From assembly GCA_951406725.2 (NCBI GenBank), contig OX597821.1, forward strand, positions 80,290,001 through 80,354,000: DNA of 64,000 nt, given 5' to 3'. A model generated the notes under the pieces. That model ran no database searches. It was not told the DNA's origin and saw only the letters and a program-made list of their open reading frames with translations. The first letter of the stretch is position 1. Each line of letters opens with the position of its first letter. Position numbers and translations under genes: made by a program. Shown one piece after another: positions 25,102 to 37,798 of this stretch. Source of the DNA: Octopus vulgaris. Taxonomy: Eukaryota.

Positions 25102-26014
25102 TTTTTTTTTTTTATAATTTATTATAATCAAAAGATTATAAGTTAATAACCGGCTCACGCGAACCGGTGCAAACCGGATCCAGTTGGAACCAGGATATAT
25201 ATTTATGTGCCTAAAGAAAGACAGGCAGACAGACAGACAGACAGACATAAATACACCGTTTGTACGTCTACTCACACGCATGCGTGCGCATGCTCGCAAA
25301 CATCTGGGTGAGACTGAAAACAAGTTGGAATTCTGAAACACTGAGTCGTTCTATTGATATTAAGGCGATGTGATGCAGAAAACCGAGCTGCACATCTGGG
25401 ATGAAGCTTTCTTTCTAATTGCCTCCCACTCTTTCTCCCGCCCTTCCTCTCCCCCCTTTTTTTCTATCCATATATATATATACATGCATTTATACTGTCT
25501 TTTCTTGTTTTTCTCCCCCGCTGTCTCAACCCGTTAGCCTCCTTGCTCGCTTTCCATTTCGTTGGGTGGCATTATTGATTATGACAAGGAGAACATCCTT
25601 TGCTTGACTTCCCGGCTATTTGAACTGGCGACAAGTTGATCTCTTCGGGCATTCTAGATGTCAAGCCTGGCGGTACTCTGAGAAAACCAATTCTTATGAC
25701 CTGGTGTTGCTGTTGTCTTCTTATTCTTCCTCTTCCAATCAGGACTCACGCCATTAGCCACAAAGAATAATCTCCAATTCGAGCCTACTCTAAGCTACTA
25801 AGAATGCGTGCGGCAACTTGAAGATCCACCCACCACACGCGATAGACTGGCGGTTGCACGGGCGCGAAAGCTACGTTGTTATCCTCATTCCGTAAACGGT
25901 GGCTTTTAACGGGTGGAGAGCTGAACCATGCTGGGGTACAGAGGATTCGCAATCTAGATTAGGGTCTGAAAGTTTACCTCACCATAGTGGGTTACACCAC
26001 GGTTCCTCTGATTT

Positions 26015-26210
26015 GTGGCAGAAGTAAGAAGAAAGTGAGATAAAGTTGCGGTGAAAGAGTACAGTGGAGTTCACCCCCGCCCCCCGCCGGAGCCTTGTGG
26101 AGCTTAGGTGTTTTGCTCAATAAACACTCACAATGCCCGGTCTGGGAATCGAAACCGCGTTCTTACGATCGCGAGTCCGCTGCCCTAACCACTGGGCCAT
26201 TGCGCCTCCA
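26015..26210 (-). mobile_element. SINE head C
   Basis: Reverse complement GGAGGCGCAATGGCCCAGTGGTTAGGGCAGCGGACTCGCG...GTTTCGATTCCCAGACCGGGC. Confidence 0.85.
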
Positions 26211-26551
26211 CTGTTGCTCTTGTTGTCTGTGATGTTCTTTCAGGTTTTCCAGTTCTTCTGAACGGAAATCCGTTAAGTGACTTTTGTTTCTACTTGTATT
26301 GCAGCTGGGCTTTCTCTCCTGCACCACCAAACTTGAAGCCCTTTGCTTCGCACTTCTACAGAGCACAACTTCGGAGTTATTTTATAATCTTTGGAGCTCA
26401 TTAGGATATTTATTTCCTCAGGAGCCCCGTACAACAAAAAAATCTTTCAAGATTATTTTAGCGCTGCTCTTCCACAAAATAACAGCAAAGCAGAACCAAA
26501 GTTGTCTCTAGTATCTTTCGCTGAAGCCTAGTATTTAATAGATTTAGCGAT

Positions 26552-26968
26552 AAGGCGGCGAGCTGGCAGAAATGTTAGCACGCCGGGTGAAATGTTCGGT
26601 GGTATTTCGCCTGCCGCTGCGTTCTGAGTTCAAATTCCGCCGAGGTCGACTTTGCCTTTCATCCTTTCGGGGTCGATTAAATAAGTACCAGTTACGCATT
26701 GGGGTCGATGTAATCGACTTAATCCGTTTGTCTGTCCTTTTTTTGTCCCCTCTGTGTTTAGGCCCTTGTGGGTAGTAAAGAAATAGGTATTTCGCCTGCC
26801 GCTGTGTTCTGAGTTCAAATTCCGCCGAGGTCGACTTTGCCGTTCACCCTTTCGGCGTTGATTAAATAAGTACTAATTACGCACTGGGTTCGATGTAATC
26901 GACTTAGTCCGTTTGTCTGTCCTTGTTTGTCCCCTCTTTGTTTAGCCCCCTGTGAGTAATAAAGAAAT
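26552..26968 (+). mobile_element. SINE family B (tail 1) with tandem headless second unit
   Basis: Full unit 26552-26785, then restart at GGTATTTCG (26786-26968). Confidence 0.9.
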
Positions 26969-27212
26969 CGATATATTTGGTGATTAGGTATGTGACAGGT
27001 TTGTGACTTACTCGTTCAGCTTGTCGCCTTACCCCCTTGTCCCATTCTTAGTTTTAAATATCATAGATTTGGTTCTATGTAATCTACCCAACCCGAAACA
27101 GGAAAACTCATTCCACGTATCAACCAGGGCCTCTTCTAATTACTCTTCTGGGGGTACCAGGAACGCTTTGGAAATGCCAAATATACCACCACCATCTACT
27201 TTGCCTTTCTAT

Positions 27213-27437
27213 CGAGCTGGCAGACACGTTAGCGCGCCGGGCGGAATGCTTAGCGGTATTTCGTCTGTCGTTACGTTCTGAGTTCAAATTCCGCCGAGGT
27301 CGACTTTGCCTTTCATCCTTTCGGGTCGATAAATAAAAGTACCAGTTTCGCACTGGGGTCGATGTAATCGGCTTAATCCGTTTGTCTGTCCTTGTTTGTC
27401 CTCTCTATATTTAGCCCCTTGTGGGCAATAAAGAAAT
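27213..27437 (+). mobile_element. SINE family B (tail 1)
   Basis: Near-identical to the 26552 copy; ends CCCCTTGTGGGCAATAAAGAAAT. Confidence 0.9.
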
Positions 27438-28044
27438 ATATATATATTCAAGCAAGAACACTTTAGTTCTAGTTATGTAGTACTGCCAATGTTCTTTCAT
27501 CCGGGGTTTGTCTGCTGCTGGTGAAGTTACCAAACGACCAGGCCAGACATTTTAATATCAGTTTTGTTGCTGATAATAAAATTTTGAGAATGAATTTCAT
27601 TGGCAATTTGTGTGTGCGTGTGTGCGCGCGCCTACATCTGCGTTTGCGCGTTGCTATCATTTTGTTGGTGTTGTTGTGTACTTGGCACCAGAACTGCTTA
27701 CATAATCTTTTCCTTTTTAAGATGTTTAGATGAGTGAGCCGCGTTGCCATATATTGGGAACGTGAAGAGAAATAGGAAGAAAAGTTGTCTAAAAACAAAC
27801 TTCTTTTCTTCTTTGTCTTCACGTCTGGATTCTGTATTTTATTTATTTATTTTTTTTTTATTTTATCTAGTTTCAGCTCACGAGCCGTGGCCATGCTGAG
27901 GTACCGCCATTTGTGGGCAGATTTTCATGTTATTCACTCTATGAATGCCCAGCAAAATATTTTTTTCCATGCAGTTTCACTTGCTAATATCCATCATCTT
28001 TAGGAGTGATAAGAAAACACTTCGGAACAGGTCGATAGAGCGAA

Positions 28045-28540
28045 TAATGATGATGATCATGATCAGGTGCCGACGATGACGGTGATGATGTTGATGATAA
28101 TGGTGAGGATGCTGAGAAACAGAAGAAGGAGTAGGACCACGATCACGATCATGATGATGGTCATGGTGGTAACGGTGGTGGTAGAGTGTGTGTGCCGATG
28201 AGGAGGATAAAAGTGACAACGATGATGAAGATGAAAATGATGATGAAGATGAAAATGATGATGATGATGATGATGATAATGATGATGATGATGATAAAGA
28301 TGATGATGATGATGATAATGATGATGATGACGATGATGATGATGACGACGACGACGACGATCATTAGGAGGATGTGCAGCAGGATGAGGATCACGATGAA
28401 TATGGTGGTGATGGTCGTGGTGGTATGCCTCTGTGCGTGTTGTGTGGGGAGGTGTATGCGTATGTGTGTGTGTGGTAATGATCAAACGACAGCGATGACA
28501 ACAACGAAAACGACGACGACAACGACGATGATGATGATGA
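28045..28540. repeat. Degenerate (ATG)n / (ACG)n tract
   Basis: Directly visible; source of poly-Met, poly-His and poly-Ile ORFs. Confidence 0.9.
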
Positions 28541-29287
28541 TTTACTTGATTTAAATAAACCTCTAAATACGCTCGAGGAACAGCCGGAGAGGTTCATTAA
28601 GCTGTTAAAGAAACTGTAGCTGGGTCTTAGTCAACCAAGAGTACCCAATCACGAAGAGCATTTTTTTCTCCTGCCGTACCTTGCCGAGTGGCGATGGTAT
28701 TTAAAGACCATTTAGTTGCCCCGTTAGTCCATCTGGGTGTAAGTTAATTCGGGTACTGTCAGTGTTTTCTCAACATCGTCTATTTATTGTTTTAAAACAC
28801 CTCACCTATTATTGAGAGTTATCAATCGGAAGATTGTAAAATAATCTGCTTTCGAAATCGCCAACTGAGGTCAAGGGTTACGGGCCCTCACAGAAGCTCT
28901 TATCAAGTTAGCTGTATGTTTGTTTTAAATGTGTCGATGTAGATACGTGTTTATAGGTCTGTTTATGTGGATAAATGTATAAGTGTGTGTGTATGTGTGT
29001 GAATGTGTGTGTTCGTGAATGTGTGTATATGTGTGTTTATGTTTGTGCGTGTATGTGTGTGTGTGTATTTGTCTGTACACTTTCAAGCAAACACAACTCA
29101 GTATATGCATGCACACGCATAAAGCAGTCTCACACAAGTACGCAGGTATTCAAATACACACACACATGCATACATATATATAGATATGCATACATATATA
29201 TACATTTATACATACATATATATATATCTTAATATATGTATTTATAAATATGTATGTATATATATATATATATACATATACATATAC

Positions 29288-29345
<58 letters not shown>

Positions 29346-31158
29346 TAATATATGTATATATAAATATGTATATATATAAATATGTATATATATATATATA
29401 CACACACACACACAAGATAACTGCGAACACCCACCCAGTCAACAGTATCTAATCTCCGTTGTCAATGAGATCCTATTAGTTTGCACGGCACTTCGTCCCC
29501 CTTGCCCCTACACAAACATGCCAGTCTAAAGCATTCCCCCAATCCTTAACAAAACCAAACTCAGAACCAAACTGTAAATAAATAAAATGTAGTTTCCTGT
29601 GTCCAGTGGTTGAATCACTGAAATGGCACCAATTACTGCCATTTGGTAGAAGCTGGTTGGAATAACAGATTCATCCCCGCCGCCATGGTTGCTAGTTGTG
29701 TATGTATGAGGTCTGTGTGTTGAGTGTGAACGTGTGTCTTTTTTGAACGTGCGTGTATATATATATATATATACTAAGCATATACACACACGCGCGCGCG
29801 CACATACACACATACACACACACAGATGTATAGACAAATAGGTATGTACACGCATATGTGTGCGTGTGCGAGTGTATGTGTGTGTAAGTGTGCGTGCGTG
29901 TAAGTGCATTCCTGTATGCGTGAATGTATGTGTATAAATGTATATATATTCTTTTATTCTTTTATTCGTTTCAGCCATGCAGCTGCGGTCATGCTGGAGC
30001 ACCACTGTGTATATCAATCTATAACTATCCAGCTGTCAACACACACAAACACACACATACACATATATATATATGCATGCATGTATATATCGATAAACAG
30101 GCAGATGGATAGAGAGAGTGAGTGAGAGAGGGGAGACGAGAGAGGGGAGAGGGAAGGGAGAGAGAGAGGGAGAAGTGAATTCTTAGAGAATTTTATTATG
30201 GAAAAAAAGAAAGGAAAGGAAAGTTTATCAAAACATGTAACCGGTTTCAATCCTTAAGGACAAAAAAGAAAGCGATTTAATCATGTTATAAAAAAAAGGG
30301 AAAATGAATTGAAATAAATTAATCTTTCATTATATCAGTTCTGAAAGTTCACATATTTTTCTTACAAATTTCTCTTGGTGCTGGCGGTGGAATTTGAATA
30401 GTAGTTCCCATGATCTGTCCCATAGCAGCATTCGGTATTTTTTTTTTTTTCGCCCAAGTGGTTTTTAACCTTTTATTCACACCATTCTTTTCTTCTTCGA
30501 TCACTGTTAGAATATTTATTTGATATCTCTTAAAGATTATAAATTCTTTTAAACTAAACATAATAAAGTTTGCTTTTATATAATGTTGTGTTTAAAAACA
30601 ATTGCACTTTAAGTAGAAATATCATTCAATATTTCTTTGCTACCTTAAAAGATTTATTGCCATGATTTTTATATGTCTTTTCATTCGTTCCGGCAGTTCG
30701 AAAGTGAATATGCTAATCCCTATTCTATATTGTCAATGGAGAACAACATCTTTCAGATGAATGTCTGTTCGGAGCAGACACTGTTCATTCGTACAAAGGG
30801 ACTTTGGGACACCCAGTGTTTCGAAATCGTTCTGCCTCCTCAGCTAATGAGTACCCTATTAATGAAACTGACAAGAGTTTGTGATTCTTGTTTATAACTT
30901 CAGCTAACCGATAACGCATCTTCACGTAGCGAAAATCAAAGCAAAGATTTACACGGTCATTCATAATATGTTCCGGCTGATTCGAACGTGTATAGGCTAA
31001 TCGCTGTTTTATCTTGTCAACGGAGAATAACATTTTAGATAAATATGTCTTTATAACACGTTCCATTCAGGAAACTTTTCACAGTGGGGTTGAAGGTTCC
31101 TCTTACCAATCGTCAATATGAGGGTTAGTGAATCGAGACTTCGAAGTCGCTATCAACC

Positions 31159-31387
31159 TATTTCTTTACTACCCACAAGGGGCTAAACACAGAGAGGACA
31201 AACAAGGACAGACAAATGGATTAAGTTGATTATATCGACCCCAGTGCGTAACTGGTACTTATTTAATCGACCCCGAAAGGATGAAAGGCAAAGTCGACCT
31301 CGGCGGAATTTGAACTCAGAAGGTAGCGGCAGACGAAATACTGCTAAACATTTCGCCCGGCGTGCTAACGTTTCTGCCAGCTCACCG
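31159..31387 (-). mobile_element. SINE family B (tail 1)
   Basis: Reverse complement matches the 26552 copy. Confidence 0.9.
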
Positions 31388-31513
31388 TCTGGATTCGGTA
31401 TCAACCACTTCACTGTAAAAGTGAGCACACACACACAGATATGTGCAAACGCACGAAACACTCGGATCTTGAGTTACTTTGCTTCTTCTGCCAAATATTG
31501 ATAAATATGTGTG

Positions 31514-31635
<122 letters not shown>

Positions 31636-31655
31636 TGTATGTATGCATGTATGTA

Positions 31656-31726
<71 letters not shown>

Positions 31727-31727
<1 letters not shown>

Positions 31728-32070
31728 AAAATTAAGAGAATGGAGATATAGCGTTTAATAAAAAAATTGTTATCAGCAAAAGTCAAACATATTCCCTTAC
31801 AGCAATTTCAATTAAGCCTAAAGATTAAATAGCAATTATCAAATCATTATATCAGAGGGGTAGAAAAAATATGTACCGTTAGGTTATTATGTACTGTGTT
31901 TTCGAAGCATCTCAGCAGACTCCACCCTCTGATGAGATTTTGCCTAATATAATGATTAAATAATTGCTATTTCATCTTTATGCTAAATTGAAACAGCTGT
32001 AAGAGAATATGTTGGATTTTTGCAGATAAGAAATTTTTATTAAATACTATATCTCTATTTTCTTATTTTC
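31727..32070. repeat. Imperfect inverted repeat with arms of about 130 bp, next to (TA)n
   Basis: 31727-31860 matches the reverse complement of 31924-32070 (GAGATATAG..TTTAATAAAAAA...AACATATTC.CTTACAGC...AAATAGCAATTAT). Confidence 0.85.
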
Positions 32071-32399
32071 CTTTGAATGATTATAAACCATAATTCATAT
32101 ATAGACCTATTATTTTATGAATATTATTATTATTCACAACAAATATTAGGTTATGAACCAGTAATTCTTTGGATATTACTATCCCTTAATGAGACTAATT
32201 TAGCCTCTAATTGAATTTATATATATATATATTGTTTATTTTGATTATATATATATATTACGGAGATGTACTCGCATAGCAAGTAATTTGATCTGAGATC
32301 GTGTGCTGAAACGAAAACAATTGCAGCGTGGAAGGTGTTTATAAGCCATTTAAGAAACACACAAAAGCCGTTCGATTCACTTCAACATTTAAGTTTAAA

Positions 32400-32449
32400 T
32401 TTGTCAAAATATTTTCGTCGCTAAAATCCGCGACCTGTTCACTGACAAA
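32400..32449 (-). ncRNA. Minimal type I hammerhead ribozyme motif with G3-C8 core, family H2
   Basis: TTTGTCA-GTGAACA-G-GTCGC-GGATTTTA-GCGAC-GAAA-ATAT-TT-TGACAAA: perfect 7 bp stem I, 5 bp stem II, palindromic stem III. It lies in a 200 bp unique segment (32260-32460) between (TA)n and (GA)n. Confidence 0.75.
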
Positions 32450-32809
32450 GTCCGTGCTGAGAGGGAGAGAGAGAGAGAGAGAGATAGATATATAGATATA
32501 CAAATATAATTATGCATACATAAAAAAACATAGATGCACGTATTTTTATTATTCTTTTATTGTCATTCATTGGACTGCAGTCATGCTGGAACAATAACGT
32601 GAAGGGTTTAGATGACCATGTCTACACTAGTACTTATTTTATTCAGGAATTTACTTTATCGAACTTTATTTACAGGCTTGCTATGTTACAAGACATAAAG
32701 TAGCATATATTAGACAACACTGAAACAGAAAAGCAAATACGTACATACACACAGACACTAACACACACACACATACACACACATGACACATGAAGGATTT
32801 CTTCTCATA

Positions 32810-33414
32810 GGCGTAGGAGTGGCTGTGTGGTAAATAGCTTGCTTACAAACCACATGGTTCCGGGTTCAGTCCCACAGCGTGGCATCTTGAGCAAGTGTCT
32901 ACTACTATAGCTTCGGGCCAACCAAAGGCTTGTGTGTGGATTTGGTAGACGGAAACTGAAAGAAGCCCGTCGTACATATATTTCTTTACTACCCACAAGG
33001 GGCTAAACATAGAGGGGACAAACAAGGACAGACAAAGGGATTAAGTCGTTTACATCGACCCAGTGTGAAACTGGTACTTTATTTATCGACCCCGAGAGGA
33101 TGAAAGGCAAAGTCGACCTCGGCGGAATTTGAACTCAGAACGTAACGACATACGAAATACCGCTAAGCATCTCGCCCGGCGTGCTAACGTTTCTGCCAGC
33201 TTGCCGCCTTTATATGTATGTGTGTGCGTATGTTTGTGTTTCTGTGTTTGTCCCCCCAACATCGCTTGACAACCGATGCTGGTGTGTTTACGTCCCTGTA
33301 ACTTAGCGGTTTAGTAAAAGATACCGATAGAATAGGTCCTGGGGTCGATTTGCTCGACTAAAGGCGGTGCTCCATCATGGCCACAGTCAAATGACTGAAA
33401 CAAGTAAAAAAGAG
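32810..33414 (+). mobile_element. SINE family A, split by a nested SINE B
   Basis: Head 32810-32975, remainder 33212-33414. Confidence 0.9.
32980..33210 (-). mobile_element. SINE family B (tail 1) nested in the central microsatellite of SINE A
   Basis: Full reverse-complement copy AAGGCGGCAAGCTGGCAGAAACG...GTAGTAAAGAAAT. Confidence 0.9.
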
Positions 33415-33793
33415 AAATTTCTGCTTGTCCTATTATGCTTTTCAGGTCTTCGTCTTACATGGATATAGAAAATACTTTCCCAACATTTGCAGTGGAAACG
33501 AACGCAGAAACACTTGGTTGTGAAGTTTCTAGAAAAGAGTGTATGTACGTATGTATGTATATATACATGTGCGTGTGCGTGCGTGCATGTGTGTGTGCGT
33601 GTGTGGTCGGGTGAACTTGTGGGCAAAGAGTGAGTGTATATATAAATATTCATGTAGTGTAGGCTGGAAGGAAATAATGCCTTAATTATCAAGGGTGAAT
33701 TGATTCACCCTGGTTTGATAATTACGGATAATTTCAAAGGTATCGCAGCTTTTTGACAATCCTACTAGACTACATTACCATATATGTTTCTCC

Positions 33794-34103
<310 letters not shown>

Positions 34104-34107
34104 CATT

Positions 34108-34305
34108 TAAGCAGCGAGTTGGCAGAGTCGCTTAGCACGCTGGACGAAATTCTTAGCCGTATTTCGTCCGTAGCAACGTTATGACTTCAAATTCCATCGA
34201 GGTCAACTTTGACTTTCATCTTTTGGGGGTCGATTAAATAAGTACCAGTTATGCATTGGAGTCAATGTAATCGATTTAGTCCCACCCCAAGCTGCCCTTG
34301 TGGTA
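34108..34305 (+). mobile_element. SINE family B, diverged
   Basis: GCAGCGAGTTGGCAGAG...GGGTCGATTAAATAAGTACCAG. Confidence 0.8.
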
Positions 34306-34604
34306 AATATTTCGATACCCCGTCTGTCTTTTATAAGTTCAAAATATAAATTGAAATTAAATTCAAAGATAGGAAACGCTGAATCATGACATCGTTTTAC
34401 TCGGAGACTGATGACGTTTTACTTGAAAACTGATGACGACGTTTTACTTGGAAAGACCGAAGACTGATGACGTCGTTTTACTTGGAAAGAAATGCAGTTA
34501 TTCCAGTTTAATATTGAATGTTTCAGTGTTTCCTATCTTTGAATTTAGCTTCATTTTATATTTTGAACTTGTAAAAGACAGACGGAGTATCGAAATATTG
34601 TTCA
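34306..34604. repeat. 80 bp inverted repeat enclosing four tandem units of about 21-32 bp
   Basis: Arms 34306-34387 and 34518-34599; spacer units (A)CTGATGACG(TCG)TTTTACTT. Confidence 0.85.
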
Positions 34605-34655
34605 TTCGTTTCATTTCCACTCTAGTATACAGAGTTAATTTCTATTTATTACACA

Positions 34656-34729
34656 CTAGCAGAGATACCCGGCGTTGCCCGGTTACATTCAATTGAAGAA
34701 TTAGACTTTTCTGTTATCTATATATGGAT

Positions 34730-34761
<32 letters not shown>

Positions 34762-35207
34762 GTATATTAATAAAAATACATGAAAGTACATGAAGTTTGT
34801 TAAAAAAAAGGGGGGATCATGTATATACCTCCTGGCTGTTGAGATTATAACACCTCGTTGTAAACAATGTTCCTTGTTTTTCCTTGTGGAGCATATACAA
34901 AAAGGTTTCTTTTGGTTCCTACTCTTGAGCAGCCAACATACAGTTGCCTATGCGAGAAGCAGGGCTCTTCCAAGAGAACACCAGCTACAGAGAGGGTTTG
35001 ACCCTGAGATTTGTTAATGGACATGGCAAAGCTGACACGAAAGGGGAATTGCAGTCTTCTGAATGTAAATGGAATTTCTGCTCCTGATGGAGTAAGAGGA
35101 AATCTTGGAATAAAGACGTCATCACCTTTTCCACATCCAGAAAGAATGATCGCCTCGATAACGTGTGGCATCATTTTCTTTATCACCAGTCGTGTTCCAT
35201 TGCAAAG
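34656..35207 (-). mobile_element. Helitron 3' end with PIF1-like helicase C-terminal remnant
   Basis: LCNGTRLV...VFIPRFPLTPS...FRRLQFPFRVSFAMSINKSQGQTL...FSHRQLYVGCSRV...TRNIVYNEVL*, followed by hairpin CCGGGCAACGCCGGG and CTAG|T terminus at 34656. Confidence 0.95.
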
Positions 35208-35369
35208 TCTTAGCGGTTCCAGGGAGGTAAGTAGTTCTGGATTTGGTGCAATTAGGGTAGATATAGATCTGTAATGGGAATGGTGTATGGTATATATAGG
35301 GGTTAGCGGAATAATTGAAAGGTTAGTAGTGTTCTGTATTATGTTATGTGTTCCTATTGAGTTGTGGAA

Positions 35370-36015
35370 GATCTCTTCTTTTCAATGATTCTAATGTCTG
35401 GCCATTTGGTAATTGGATGCTTTCGCTGTTGACTACCTGTTCCCTTCTTATGACTAATATTGCACACTCATCTATGTTAAATTCCATGCCTGTATCTTTG
35501 CTGAAGATACAGTCAACATTAAGGGATCTATCTCTTTTTCATTCTTACTGAAAAAGCTTCAGATCATCCATGTAAAGTAAATAGTTAAATTTTTCCTTAC
35601 TGTTTCTGAACTGATACCCTGCCTTTGCTTTCATTAATACTAAATTGAGGTGGATCAAACATGAGACAATTTTCTCTTTTGATATTAACTTTCCCTAAGA
35701 GTGTGTCATCTGAGTAGAGATCTTCATGCTAAAGCTAATTAATTCTCTTCTGCTGTCTACTATACTGAATTTATCCAAACTTTCTATTATCCATGAGTGT
35801 GGGATCACGTCATAGGTTTTCTTATAATCTATCCACGCTATTGTCAGGGTTTTTTCTAGCTTTTACTTCATTTAGAACTGCTTTGTCTGTGTATAATAGA
35901 TCATGCGTTTCTCTAGCCTTCTTCCTGCAACTTTTTTGTTCTTCTGGCAGTAAATTCTTGTTGTCAGGGTAATCGTAAATGTTTTCTGAAAGCATTCCTG
36001 TTAACAACTTCCAAA
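35370..36015 (-). pseudogene. R4/Dong-like LINE reverse transcriptase fragment
   Basis: LLPEEQKSCRKKARETHDLLYTDKAVL, YDVIPHSWIIESL, NYLLYMDDLKLF, FSKDTGMEFNIDECA across frameshifts and deletions. Confidence 0.9.
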
Positions 36016-36249
36016 CTATGTGATTAGTCGATAGATCATCGCGTTGAAGCTTTTTTTTTTTTTATCGAACAGATCAGCCCCAGTATTTATTAGCCTGGGA
36101 CTTACTCTATCGGTGTCTTTTGTCCAACCGCAGATTTCCGAGACATAAACAACTCAACACCGGTGACAAGCAGTGGGGTTACATATATACACTAAGATAG
36201 CTAGGTCTTTCCCACCCACCCTCTCTTTCTCTCTCTCTCTCTCTCTCTC

Positions 36250-36293
<44 letters not shown>

Positions 36294-37124
36294 CTCTGGT
36301 AGAAGACGCACAATGTGTAGTAGCATAATGCGATTGAACTCTCAATCATGAAGTTACGAAGAGTTTTCTTACCTACATGGTTATTACGGATTATAAGGTT
36401 AAATTCCTGACTTACCCGATAATGGAAAGGGAAGGTCGAAGAAATAATGTCTTAATCGGAAATGTAATTGAAAAGCAGTATTTGAAAAGCTTAACAGCAA
36501 AAGGTTTGAAAAACCGTGTTTTAGTACTCGGGACTAATTTATGTATATAAGAATCTGTCGGTGTGCATAAGTGCAAAAAATGAAATAAAATAAAATACAA
36601 TAAAATGAAATGAATCTTTATTTGTACAAATGCACTGTTATGTAAATTATATTGCATCTGCTTGTTCTTTAGCTAAATTTTATTCTATTTTATTCAGCAA
36701 GCGTTCAAATTTTCATGTGGAAGAAATTTTGCCTACGGCCAAGGGAATTTCCACCCACTACACTCGAGATACTTGAGAAGAATTCGAGATTAATGAGAAA
36801 TTATGTTCAGCAGGAGAGACGTGTTCCTCAGTTCAGTAACACTGCCGAAAATAAAGAGGCTAGCCACTATTTTGTTACCTCGTGTCTAGAAGCTTTTAGA
36901 ATTTCAATATTAGACTTTAAGCGAAAGGAAATGGGACGTTATAACACAAATGCATTTTCTGAGAGTATTGAAACGAATCAGTTACAGCGTGATGGTTCCA
37001 ATTGGAAATGGTAACAAGATCATTTACTCGGTTTGTCAGAACTTCAAATGTTTCACAACAAATTCATCTGCTACACTTATTGTTAAAAACTAACAGAAAG
37101 TAAAATATCGTTAAATTTGGGGAC

Positions 37125-37187
37125 TCTCTCTTTACTCTTTACTCTTTTACTTGTTTCAGTCAAGCGATGTTGGGGGGGGGGGTACAG

Positions 37188-37227
<40 letters not shown>

Positions 37228-37241
37228 CTATATACACACAA

Positions 37242-37303
<62 letters not shown>

Positions 37304-37448
37304 GACAGGCTTCTTTCAGGTTTCCGTCTACCAAATCCACTCACAAGGCTTTGGTCGGCCCGAGGCTATAGTAGAAGATACTTTCCCAAGGTGCCACGCA
37401 GTGGGACTGAACCCGGAACCGTGTAGTTGGTAAGCAAGCTACTTACCA
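37125..37448 (-). mobile_element. SINE family A with internal deletion
   Basis: Intact head and microsatellite; jumps from CGCTTGAC directly to TGAAACAAGTAAAAGAG. Confidence 0.9.
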
Positions 37449-37553
37449 CACAGCCACTCCTGCGCCTAGGACGGTCATTATTTTATTTATTTATTTATTT
37501 ATTTTTGCCAATAAACACTCGCACTGTTTATTTGATCTTCACTTTAACTCGGT

Positions 37554-37798
37554 CAGCTGGTAGAATCGTTAGCACACTGGACGAAATGCTTGGCGGTATT
37601 TCGTCTGCCACTACGTTCTGAGTTCAAATTCCGCCGAGGTCGACTTTGCCTTTCATCCTTTCGGGGTCGATTAAATAAGTACAAGTTGCGCACTGGGGTC
37701 GATGTAATCGACTTTATCTGTCTGTCTGTCCTTGTTTGTTCTCTCTGTGTTTAGCCCCTTGTGGGTAGTAAAGAAATAGGTATTTTGCCCGTCGCTAC
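37554..37798 (+). mobile_element. SINE family B (tail 1) plus short restart
   Basis: Ends AAAGAAATA then GGTATTTTGCCCGTCGCTAC. Confidence 0.9.

Noticed and set aside
31928-31950. CTGATGAG hammerhead box
   Set aside because: No stem II plus GAAA follows; it arises from an insertion relative to the opposite palindrome arm.
34388-34490. Short repeats with variable gaps resembling a CRISPR array
   Set aside because: Units are nearly adjacent, there are no unique spacers or cas genes, and the context is eukaryotic.
34845-35186. Host PIF1 helicase gene
   Set aside because: Truncated, intronless and followed by a Helitron hairpin and CTAG end.
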